Below, one piece after another: positions 1-7,372 of a stretch of 64,000 bases of DNA (positions within the stretch are counted from its first letter, which is position 1; each line of letters starts with the position of its first letter). The notes beneath the pieces were generated by a model. That model saw only the letters and a list, made by a program, of their open reading frames with translations, was not told the DNA's origin and searched no databases. Origin of the DNA: Kiritimatiellia bacterium (lineage in GTDB: Bacteria > Verrucomicrobiota > Kiritimatiellia > CAIQIC01 > Lenti-01). The position numbers and the translations under genes are program-made. Where the stretch lies: the NCBI GenBank assembly GCA_017527155.1, contig JAFXQI010000026.1, positions 883-64,882 on the forward strand. The letters are read 5' to 3'.

Positions 1-46
1 ACGGCGGCGAGCCCCCCCGCCGTCGTCCCTCCCGCCCGTTCCCGAC

Positions 47-112
47 GAGGACGCGCGGAAGCGCGTCCCTCCCCTAGGGAGGGTCGCGCTTCCGCGCGAC
101 CTCGCGAATGGA
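47..112. repeat. GC-rich double-hairpin REP-like element (family REP-2)
   Basis: Adjacent stem-loops GACGCGC-GGAA-GCGCGTC and GGTCGCGC-TTCC-GCGCGACC. A second copy of the same unit lies at 27983-28050. Confidence 0.6.
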
Positions 113-178
113 AAACTCCCGGAAGCGACCGGCACGCGCCCCCGTCCCCCCCACCGTTCCCCCCTCCCCCTCCGCCCG

Positions 179-1195
179 TCACGTCCGCGGCGTGCGGCGG
201 GGGTGTTTTTCGCGGATGTGCAGTTCGGGGTGCTGGCTGGAGACCAGGCTGTTCGGCGGGACGCTCTCCATCAGGAAGACGTTGCCGCCGATGACGCTGT
301 GCGCGCCGATCACCGTATCGCCGCCGAGGATCGTCGCGTGCGCGTAGATGATGACGTGGTCGGCCACCGTCGGATGGCGCTTGATGTGCTTGACCGGATG
401 CCCCGCGGCGTCCAGCGCGAACGACTGCGCGCCGAGCGTCACGCCCTGGTAGAGCTTGACGTTCTCGCCGATTTCCGCCGTCTCGCCGATCACCACGCCC
501 GTCGCGTGGTCGATGAAGAACGACCGCCCGATGCGCGCGCCGGGGTGGATGTCGGCCCCGGTCTTGGTGTGGATCCATTCGCTCATCACGCGCGGCAGGA
601 TGGGCACCCCCAGCACGTAGAGTTCGTGCGCGATGCGGTGCGCGGCGATGGCCGTCAGGCCGGGATAGGAAAGGATGACTTCGGCGAACGTCAGCGCGGC
701 GGGATCCCCGTCGTAGGCGGCCTGCACGTCGTCCGCGACCAGGCGCCGCACGGCGGGAATGCGGTCGAAGAACGCCTTCATGACGCGGTCGGCTTCGCCG
801 TCGAGGTCGGCCACGCGCGGCGGCCGGGCGCCTTCGACCCGCGCCGCCTCGCCGATCCACCGGTACGGCAGCGCGCGCCGCACCTCGCGCCGGAGCAGGT
901 TCCACGCCTCGCTCAGGCGCCGCACCAGGAACACGTCCAGTTCGGCCGCGCCCACCGCTTCGCCGCTGACCCGGCCGGGGAACAGCACGTCGAGCAGGAT
1001 GCGCAGCGCGTCCACCACCGCCCGCGGCGCGGGCGCGTTCGCGGGGAGGGCGCTCGGCGCGTCCACCACCTCTCGGTCGAACAGGCCGGCGAGTTCGCCC
1101 GCGGCCTGGCAGATGTCGGCCTGCGGCGAGCGGTGGCGGCAGGCGTGCGGCGCGGCGGCGGGCGCCTTCGGTTTGCGGGAATTTTTCGTTTTCAT
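179..1195 (-). CDS. cysE: serine O-acetyltransferase
   Basis: Left-handed beta-helix hexapeptide repeats (GARIGRSFFIDHATGVVIGETAEIGENVKLYQGVTLG...TVADHVIIYAHATILGGDTVIGAHSVIGGNVFL) plus a SATase N-domain. Only the last 338 codons of the 1108-aa track ORF are credible; start ATG at 1195. Confidence 0.93.
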   Translation of the reverse strand: MKTKNSRKPKAPAAAPHACRHRSPQADICQAAGELAGLFDREVVDAPSALPANAPAPRAVVDALRILLDVLFPGRVSGEAVGAAELDVFLVRRLSEAWNLLRREVRRALPYRWIGEAARVEGARPPRVADLDGEADRVMKAFFDRIPAVRRLVADDVQAAYDGDPAALTFAEVILSYPGLTAIAAHRIAHELYVLGVPILPRVMSEWIHTKTGADIHPGARIGRSFFIDHATGVVIGETAEIGENVKLYQGVTLGAQSFALDAAGHPVKHIKRHPTVADHVIIYAHATILGGDTVIGAHSVIGGNVFLMESVPPNSLVSSQHPELHIREKHPRRTPRT

Positions 1196-1929
1196 TGGCA
1201 GACGATGCTGGCGCTGGCGCTCTTGCCGCCGGAATTGACGGTGAGCGTGTCGGTGCCGGACGAGACGTGCGTGTAGACGACGGAGGAACCGGTGGAACCC
1301 GAGAGCGTCCCGCACGAGCCGGAGTGCGCCCACGTGTACGTCCCGTTGCCGCCCGACGCCGTGAACGTCCGCGCCTGCCCCGACGAGATCGTCGCCGAGT
1401 TCGGCGAGATCGTCACCGACGACTGCGTGTTGGTCCCAGGCGAGGACACCGTCCCGACCGCGAAGAAGCTGCCCGAGAAGCCGCCGGATTCGAGCCACGA
1501 CGCGCTGATGGTCGATTGCTGGTCCGCGTAGGACATCGTGCCGGCGATCGTGACGGACGCGCCCGCCGTCGTGCGCCCTTCCATCGAGAAGCGCGCGGTG
1601 GTGTCCGCGATGCCGGAGATCGCGCCGGTCCAGTTCTGGCCCGCGTTGTCGAAACCCTGGAGGGAGGAGCCGTTCTGGATGATCCGCATCCAGGTGAGCT
1701 TCTGGCCGGACTGCCGGTCGGCCGGATACACCAGATAGCCGTCGCCTTCGTCGGTGCCGCCGTTGTTCGCCCGGTAGAGCGCCGAGAAGTCGTACGTCGT
1801 CCCCGCGTTGTTCGACACCACGCTCGACGTGTTCGTCGAATCCGTCTCGCAGGCCGAAAGGCCGAGACAGAGCGCGGCGGCCAGGGCGGCGGCGGCGGCA
1901 TGGAAAGGTTGGCGGCAGGTTGGTTTCAT
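1192..1929 (-). CDS. lipoprotein with C-terminal bacterial Ig-like (Big_2-type) region
   Basis: MKPTCRQPF...AALCLGLSAC signal peptide with lipobox. Ser/Thr/Gly-rich beta-type sequence (ATISSGQARTFTASGGNGTYTW). Stop overlaps the cysE start (ATGA, 1192-1195). Start taken at ATG 1929. Confidence 0.7.
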   Translation of the reverse strand: MKPTCRQPFHAAAAALAAALCLGLSACETDSTNTSSVVSNNAGTTYDFSALYRANNGGTDEGDGYLVYPADRQSGQKLTWMRIIQNGSSLQGFDNAGQNWTGAISGIADTTARFSMEGRTTAGASVTIAGTMSYADQQSTISASWLESGGFSGSFFAVGTVSSPGTNTQSSVTISPNSATISSGQARTFTASGGNGTYTWAHSGSCGTLSGSTGSSVVYTHVSSGTDTLTVNSGGKSASASIVCQ

Positions 1930-1988
1930 CGGTGGGTTCCTCCGGGATATTTGTTTTAGCTTCCCCCATCCGCCGCGTTTTGGCAAGA

Positions 1989-2930
1989 ATGTTATTCATG
2001 CGTACCGCCGCAAAAGCCCTTCTCGCCCGCCTCGCCGGCCGCACCGGATTCCTCCGGCGCCGCCTCGCCGGCCGTCTCGTCGTCCTCACCTTCCACCGCG
2101 TCCGCCCCGACGGCGAACCCGCCGACGGCCGCCCCATGCGCAACCTCGAAGTCCCCGTGTCCGCCTTCCGCTCCCTCCTCCTCTGGATGCGCCGGCACGC
2201 CGCCCCCGTCGCCCTCGCCGACTGGTTCCCCGCCGAAGACGCCCCCGGCGCCGCCGCCCTCCCCACCCGTCCCCGGCGCATCCCCTTCTTCGCGGTCACC
2301 TTCGACGACGGCTGGGCCGACAACGCCCTCCACGCCGCGCCCGTCCTCGACGAACTCCGCATCCCCGCCACCGTCTTCCTCTCCACCGGCGCCGTCGAGA
2401 ACCGCATCCCCTTCTGGTGGCAGCTCCCCGGCCTCGCCGACGACGCGATCGAGACCATGAAATCCCTCCCCCCCGACGAACTCGACCGCCGCCTCCGCGA
2501 CGCCCCCCGCGGCGTCCGCGACGCCTGCGCCCGCGAATTCCTCGGCTGGGAGCAGGTCCGCGCCCTCGCCGACGGCGGGCGGATCCGCTTCGGCCTCCAC
2601 GGCCACCGCCACGCCCTGATGACGTCCCTCTCCCACACCGCGGCGCTCGACGACATCTGCCGCTGCCGCCAGCTCCTCCTCTCCCGCGCCCCCGGCGCCG
2701 CCGTCCCGTTCTTCGCCTGGCCCAACGGCAACGTCCGCCCCGACCTCGCCCCCGCCCTCGCCTCCCTCGGCCTCCGCGCCGCCTTTTCCACCCGCCGCGG
2801 CCTCGTCCCGCCGCGCCCGCCCGCCGGCGCCCTCTGGTCCCTCCCCCGCAACAACGTCGACCGCCGCCTCGCCGAAACCCCCGCCCTCTGGCCCTGGCTC
2901 CTCCTCCGCGCCGCCGTCCCGCGCGCTTGA
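1989..2930 (+). CDS. polysaccharide deacetylase (NodB / CE4 family)
   Basis: VTFDDGWADN Asp-Asp motif, FLSTG, and HGHRH His motif. Start is ATG 1989 or 1998; the track start 1920 would overlap the divergent lipoprotein start. Confidence 0.85.
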   Translation: MLFMRTAAKALLARLAGRTGFLRRRLAGRLVVLTFHRVRPDGEPADGRPMRNLEVPVSAFRSLLLWMRRHAAPVALADWFPAEDAPGAAALPTRPRRIPFFAVTFDDGWADNALHAAPVLDELRIPATVFLSTGAVENRIPFWWQLPGLADDAIETMKSLPPDELDRRLRDAPRGVRDACAREFLGWEQVRALADGGRIRFGLHGHRHALMTSLSHTAALDDICRCRQLLLSRAPGAAVPFFAWPNGNVRPDLAPALASLGLRAAFSTRRGLVPPRPPAGALWSLPRNNVDRRLAETPALWPWLLLRAAVPRA

Positions 2931-2974
2931 CCCCGCACCGGGACCGCTGCGCCCGCGCATCCCCCCCCATCGTT

Positions 2975-3034
2975 CATGCAGGGGACCTTGACCGGAATCC
3001 GGGCAAATTGTCCTGTTTTCCCGTGTTTCCAAAA
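2975..3034 (-). promoter_or_regulatory. upstream-element (UE) family copy, orphan
   Basis: Minus strand reads TTTTGGAAACACGGGAAAAC ... ATTTGCC ... CCTGCATGAAC. It points antisense into the deacetylase 3' end and no credible ORF follows. Confidence 0.45.
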
Positions 3035-3172
3035 CCATCCGCCCCCAAGCGCCGATTGGGCTTTGCGCGGCGCGCGCGACGTGGCACAGTGGAGGCGATG
3101 GCGGACACCGCCGATCCCGGGCGTCCGGGCCGGTCCCGCCGGAGAGCACGGTTGATTCCAGGAGACGACGAC

Positions 3173-3460
3173 ATGAGCGGATGGGAAGCGGGCATGCTGG
3201 TATGCTTCGGCATGAGCTGGCCGGTATCGATTGCCAAGGCCCTGCGGACCAAGCGGTCGGACGGCAAGAGCCGCCTGTTCCTCTCCATCATCCTGCTGGG
3301 CTACGCCTGCGGCCTCGTCCACAAATGGCTGCACGACCTCGACTGGGTCATGGGCCTCTACGCGCTCAACTTCGCCCTCGTCGCCATCGACCTCGCCCTC
3401 TGCCTCCACTACCGCCGCCACCCCGGCGGCCGCTCCCCCCGCCGCCCCGGGGCGGAGTAG
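3173..3460 (+). CDS. small 3-TM membrane protein, possibly PQ-loop/SemiSWEET-like
   Basis: 95 aa with three hydrophobic helices. SWPVSIAKALRTKRSDGKS resembles a PQ-loop motif (weak). GGAG lies 9 nt upstream of ATG 3173. It is the terminal part of a long artefactual ORF. Confidence 0.5.
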   Translation: MSGWEAGMLVCFGMSWPVSIAKALRTKRSDGKSRLFLSIILLGYACGLVHKWLHDLDWVMGLYALNFALVAIDLALCLHYRRHPGGRSPRRPGAE

Positions 3461-3508
3461 CCCCGCCGCCTTGCCCCCACCCCACCTCCGGACCGCGTCC
3501 CCCACTCT

Positions 3509-3567
3509 CGCGATATCAAGGAAAACCCAAGCGTTTTCAACCGTTTTCCACCCTGTTCCACCCCATG
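3509..3567 (+). promoter_or_regulatory. UE family copy upstream of pilin-like gene
   Basis: CGCGATATCAAGGAAAAC-N7-TTTTCA...TTTTCC...CCACCCCATGG. The GGAAAAC-to-ATG distance is 45 nt; the gene start lies 90 nt further downstream. Confidence 0.5.
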
Positions 3568-3656
3568 GAAATTACTCCGGTCTCCCGTCCCCCCACCCAC
3601 GGAAGCAGACGTTTTGCTCTTTACTCTTTCGCCCCCTCGCCGTTTAATCCCACGAC

Positions 3657-4007
3657 ATGGATCACAACCCTCCAGCATCCGGCACAACCGAGCGCCGCCG
3701 CGGCATGACCGTGGTGGAGGCGTGTCTCGTGGTGGCGTTGGTCGTTCTGGTGGGAGCGATCGCGTTGCCGGCGCTCTCCCGCAACCGGCAGCGGCGGCAG
3801 GCCGCGCGCTGCGCGCAGCACTTGGACACCCTCTCCACCGCCTGCAAGGAATACGCCGCCGCCAACGGCAGGTGGCCCACCTCCCAGGATGTCCTCGTAC
3901 CCGCCCTTCTCGACGCGCCGCTGGCCTGTCCCGCCGGCGGCACCTACTCCCTCGGCACCCCCGAGGGCGACCCGCCCACTTGTTCCATTCCCGGCCACAG
4001 CCTGTAA
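3657..4007 (+). CDS. prepilin-type N-terminal domain protein (pseudopilin-like)
   Basis: RRRGMTVVEACLVVALVVLVGAIALPAL resembles the G/FTLIE cleavage-methylation helix of type IV pilins and T2SS pseudopilins. Small 116-aa body with Cys pairs. Confidence 0.7.
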   Translation: MDHNPPASGTTERRRGMTVVEACLVVALVVLVGAIALPALSRNRQRRQAARCAQHLDTLSTACKEYAAANGRWPTSQDVLVPALLDAPLACPAGGTYSLGTPEGDPPTCSIPGHSL

Positions 4008-4022
4008 AGCAAGGAGTCCGCC

Positions 4023-4775
4023 ATGCCCAAAGCCACCGCCAAGAAACCTACCGCCACCAAGGTCAAGTACCGCCGCATCCTCCTCAAGCTCAGCGGCGAA
4101 GTCCTCCACGCGAAGGACGGACCCGACTGCATCGATCCGGACGTCCTCGCCCGCATGGCCGACCAGATCAAGGCCGTGCGCGCCCTCGGCGTGCAGGTCG
4201 GCGTGGTCATCGGCGGCGGGAACATCTTCCGCGGGCTCCGCGGCCAGGACCGCGGGTTCGGCCGCGCCGAAGGCGACAACATGGGCATGCTCGCGACGAT
4301 GATCAATTCGCTTGCCCTGACCTCCGCCCTCAACGCGGCGGGCATTCCGGCGACGTGCCTCGCGGCGCGCGCGATGCCGGCGGTCGCGGAGCTGTTCACG
4401 TTCCGGCGGACAATCGAGTTGCTGGAAGCCGGACAGGTCGTGGTTCTCGGCGGCGGCAGCGGGGCGCCCTTCTTCACCACCGACAGCGCCGCCGCCCTCC
4501 GCGCCGCCGAGATCGGCGCCGAGGTCCTCCTCAAGGCCACCAAGGTCGATGGCATCTACACGGCCGACCCCGTCAAGGATCCCACCGCCACCAAGTTCGA
4601 CCGCCTCACCTACTCCGAAGCCCTCGCCCGCCGCCTGAAGGTCATGGATTCCACGGCCTTCTCGCTGTGCATGGACAACCGGATCCCCATCCTCGTCTTC
4701 GACTTCTTCAAGCCCGGCGAGCTCCTCAAGGTCGTGCGCGGCCAGAAGGCCGGCACCCTGGTCGCCGGCGACTGA
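4023..4775 (+). CDS. pyrH: UMP kinase
   Basis: KYRRILLKLSGEVL, VGVVIGGGNIFRG, VVVLGGGSGAPFFTTDSAAALRAAEI; AAGGAG RBS upstream. Confidence 0.97.
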   Translation: MPKATAKKPTATKVKYRRILLKLSGEVLHAKDGPDCIDPDVLARMADQIKAVRALGVQVGVVIGGGNIFRGLRGQDRGFGRAEGDNMGMLATMINSLALTSALNAAGIPATCLAARAMPAVAELFTFRRTIELLEAGQVVVLGGGSGAPFFTTDSAAALRAAEIGAEVLLKATKVDGIYTADPVKDPTATKFDRLTYSEALARRLKVMDSTAFSLCMDNRIPILVFDFFKPGELLKVVRGQKAGTLVAGD

Positions 4776-4828
4776 CGCCCCCTTTGTCCCCACCCACCGA
4801 AACCAACCGAAACCGAAAGGAAAACACC

Positions 4829-5395
4829 ATGTACGAATCCTCCGACGAAATCCTCCTCGACGCCGAAGACAAGATGGAAAAGAGCGTCGAACACCTCCAG
4901 CAGGGCCTCAGCGGCCTGCGCACCGGCAAGGCCTCGCCCGCCCTCGTCGACGGCATCAACGTCGAATGCTACGGCACCCAGGCCCGCCTGAACACCATCT
5001 CGCTGATCAGCACGCCCGAGCCGCGACTGATCGTCATCAAGCCCTTCGACCCCTCCTCGCTGCCGGCCATCGAGAAGGCGATCCTCGCGGCGAACATCGG
5101 CGTCACTCCCCTCAACGACGGCCGCCTCATCCGCGTACCCATCCCCGAGCTGAGCGAAGAGCGCCGCAAGGAACTCACCAAGGTCGCCAACCGCATGGGC
5201 GAGGAAGCGCGCGTCGCCATCCGCGCCGTACGCCGCGAAGCCAACGACGCCGTCAAGGCCCTCGAAAAGGACGGAACCATCAGCGAAGACGACTGCACCC
5301 GCGCCCTCAAGGACGTCCAGGACTACACCGACACCTACGTCAAGAAGGTCGACGACGCCGTCGCCGCCAAGGAAAAGGACATCATGGCCGTCTGA
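4829..5395 (+). CDS. frr: ribosome recycling factor
   Basis: 188 aa. LRTGKASPALVDGINVECYG...LIVIKPFD...IRVPIPELSEERRKEL. Canonical pyrH-frr order. Confidence 0.97.
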   Translation: MYESSDEILLDAEDKMEKSVEHLQQGLSGLRTGKASPALVDGINVECYGTQARLNTISLISTPEPRLIVIKPFDPSSLPAIEKAILAANIGVTPLNDGRLIRVPIPELSEERRKELTKVANRMGEEARVAIRAVRREANDAVKALEKDGTISEDDCTRALKDVQDYTDTYVKKVDDAVAAKEKDIMAV

Positions 5396-5436
5396 CGGGC
5401 CGCGCCCCGCGCGCCCCCGCCCCGACGTTTTTCCCT

Positions 5437-5481
5437 TCGATTGCAATCGATTGCAGTCGAGTGCATTCGATTGCAATCGAG
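5437..5481. repeat. tandem 10-nt palindromic repeat R10 (putative bidirectional terminator)
   Basis: TCGA(TTGCAATCGA)(TTGCAGTCGA)(GTGCATTCGA)(TTGCAATCGA)G. TGCAATCGATTGCA is a perfect palindrome. Lies 42 nt after the frr stop, with T-runs on both sides. Confidence 0.7.
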
Positions 5482-5492
5482 TTTCCTTTCCG

Positions 5493-6716
5493 ATGCCTAC
5501 CCGCAAGCCCCAAACCAAATCCCCCTGGCGCCACCTCGTCTGGATTCTTCCGCTCCTGGTGGTCGACTTCTTCCTCTCCCGCTCCCTCTCCGCCGGATGC
5601 GCACGCAGCGGCGCGCCCGACAAAGGCGGCGACGCCCCGGCGGTGGCCGCGCCCGCCCGTCCCGGCGGCGCCGCCGAGGCTCCCGCCGCGCCCGAGCCGC
5701 CGCCCCCGCCACCGCCCGTCTGGCAGGACTTCCACACGCCGACCCCGCAGCAGGACCTGCTCCATCCCGAAGCCCCGGGCGTCCTGCAGCCCACCGGCTC
5801 CGGGCGCCTCGTCTCCGCCATGTTCGGCTCCACCCGCACCGGCAGCATCAACGGGCGCCTCGCGCCGCGCTTCCACGAAGGCGTGGACATCGCGGCGACC
5901 GCGCGCAACAACCGCGGCGCGCCGACCGACCCCATCTACGCCGTCGCCGACGGCCGCGTCGCCTACGTCAACACCGTCGCCGGCAACTCCTCCTACGGCA
6001 AATACATCGTCCTCGAACATCCCGACCCGAGCCTCGGACTCGTCACGCGCGCCAACGGCAGCGTCGTCACCTCCGTCGTCTACACCCTCTACGCCCACCT
6101 CGCCGACATCCGCTTCGGTGTGCGCGCCGGGGCCGCCGTCCGCGCCGGCGACGAAATCGCCACCATGGGCAACACCTCCAACGACCGGACGGGCATCCCC
6201 ATGGCCCGCGCCCACCTCCACTGGGAAATCGGCCTCATGCTCAACAGCCGCTACGACCGCCTCTCCCGCGAGCAGAAGACCGCCAACCCCATGGGCCTCT
6301 ACAACGGCCTGAACCTCTTCGGCGTCGACGCCCTCGACGTGTGGAAGGCGCACATGAACGACCCCGCCATGACCTTCGGCGGCTACCTCGCGCACCTCAA
6401 GCCCGCGATGACCCTGGTCCTGCGCGGCAAGAACCCCGACTTCTTCGTCCGCAACCCCGGCCTCTGGCACGGCGCCCCCTACGACGGCGGCCCGATCACC
6501 GTCACGTTGGGCGAGAGCGGCATCCCCCTCTCCGGCCGCAACGCCACGCCCATGGAACTGAAACTCCTGGGCAACACCCGGCAGGCCGTCGTCGAAGCCG
6601 ACGAAAGCGTCCTCGGCCGCAACGCCCGCGCCTACATCCAGAAATCCTCCTCCTTCAAGACCGGCTGGATCGTCACCGCCAAAGGCCGCGCCTGGATGGA
6701 CCACCTCTTCTTCTGA
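5493..6716 (+). CDS. M23 family metallopeptidase, membrane-anchored
   Basis: HEGVDIAA, GDEIATMGNT and AHLHWEI motifs. N-terminal TM helix and a Pro/Ala-rich linker. Start at ATG 5493 (MPTRKPQ); the track start lies inside the R10 repeat. Confidence 0.88.
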   Translation: MPTRKPQTKSPWRHLVWILPLLVVDFFLSRSLSAGCARSGAPDKGGDAPAVAAPARPGGAAEAPAAPEPPPPPPPVWQDFHTPTPQQDLLHPEAPGVLQPTGSGRLVSAMFGSTRTGSINGRLAPRFHEGVDIAATARNNRGAPTDPIYAVADGRVAYVNTVAGNSSYGKYIVLEHPDPSLGLVTRANGSVVTSVVYTLYAHLADIRFGVRAGAAVRAGDEIATMGNTSNDRTGIPMARAHLHWEIGLMLNSRYDRLSREQKTANPMGLYNGLNLFGVDALDVWKAHMNDPAMTFGGYLAHLKPAMTLVLRGKNPDFFVRNPGLWHGAPYDGGPITVTLGESGIPLSGRNATPMELKLLGNTRQAVVEADESVLGRNARAYIQKSSSFKTGWIVTAKGRAWMDHLFF

Positions 6717-6805
6717 TTCCCCCCTCCCCCCCCGCGTGCGTGGCGTCGGCCCCCTCGCCGTCGGGATGGACTGCGAATGGCGGGCGAAGGCTCCGTTGCA
6801 CCTCG

Positions 6806-6850
6806 TTTCCATGCGCTGACAGGCGCACGCCGGAAAAGGGACTCGCCGCC
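6806..6850 (+). repeat. ~46-nt direct repeat, copy 1
   Basis: TTTCCATGCGCTGACAGGCGCACGCCGGAAAAGGGACTCGCCGCC; a near-identical copy lies at 7176-7222. Confidence 0.7.
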
Positions 6851-6855
6851 CCCTC

Positions 6856-6915
6856 TTTTGGAAATACGAAAAACATTGAATTATACCCCTGTTTTCCCCC
6901 ATGGTCCCCTCCATG
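6856..6915 (+). promoter_or_regulatory. UE family copy, orphan (only a dubious 68-codon ORF follows)
   Basis: TTTTGGAAATACGAAAAAC...TTTTCCCCCATGGTCCCCTCCATGAAAAAC. It also reads as TTGGAA-17 nt-TTATAC (sigma70-like). Confidence 0.45.
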
Positions 6916-7116
6916 AAAAACACGACGGGGAGCGTGCCGGATGGGTCCTCGTTCCATGCCCTGGTTGCGGAACCACGGCGCGCCGCCGCCGCGTGCCTAG
7001 CGACGGCGCCCTCGCCGTCGTGTGCCGCCAGGATGGCGGAAGGGCGCGCGCCTTCCGGACACGGCCGCGCCTGGTACATCGCAAAGTCAAATCATTCCTA
7101 TTTGTCGGGCTGGTAG

Positions 7117-7138
7117 GGCGGGCAGTCCCCTGCCCGCC
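7117..7138. repeat. GC-rich palindromic REP (REP-3)
   Basis: GGCGGGCAG-TCCC-CTGCCCGCC perfect 9-bp stem inside a gene-free 650-bp region. Confidence 0.6.
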
Positions 7139-7175
7139 GAGCGAAGGGGGCGCGAAACACGGACAAATGCAACGC

Positions 7176-7222
7176 TTTCCCATGCGCTTGGCAGGCGCAC
7201 GGCGGCGAAGGGACTCGCCGCC
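7176..7222 (+). repeat. ~46-nt direct repeat, copy 2
   Basis: TTTCCCATGCGCTTGGCAGGCGCACGGCGGCGAAGGGACTCGCCGCC; pairs with 6806-6850. Confidence 0.7.
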
Positions 7223-7335
7223 CTACCCAAACATGCGAAAGAATGAACGTTACGCTGTACTGGAGCGGGGTAAAAAATAGTGTGGCCGCTTTTCTGAAAG
7301 CCCGCACCTCCCACCCAGCGGCGTCTTCATCCGGG

Positions 7336-7364
7336 TTGGAAAAACACGCCATCCGGTGTATATC
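7336..7364 (+). promoter_or_regulatory. sigma70-like promoter, apparently leaderless
   Basis: TTGGAA (7336-7341), 17-nt spacer, TATATC (7359-7364); the ATG at 7373 lies only 8 nt downstream. Confidence 0.5.
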
Positions 7365-7372
7365 TCGTGTGC

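Noticed and set aside
179-3505. 1108-aa ORF on the minus strand
   Set aside because: Only the last 338 codons (cysE) have a credible protein sequence. The rest is Arg/Gly/Ala/Pro-rich low complexity running antisense to the well-supported lipoprotein, deacetylase and small membrane-protein genes, a typical high-GC open-frame artefact.
6901-7116. 71-aa ORF (or 68 aa from ATG 6913) following the orphan upstream element
   Set aside because: The sequence is Ala/Arg/Pro-rich, overlaps several equally long ORFs in other frames and runs into REP sequences. I could not support it as coding, so it is kept only as a note under the orphan UE finding.
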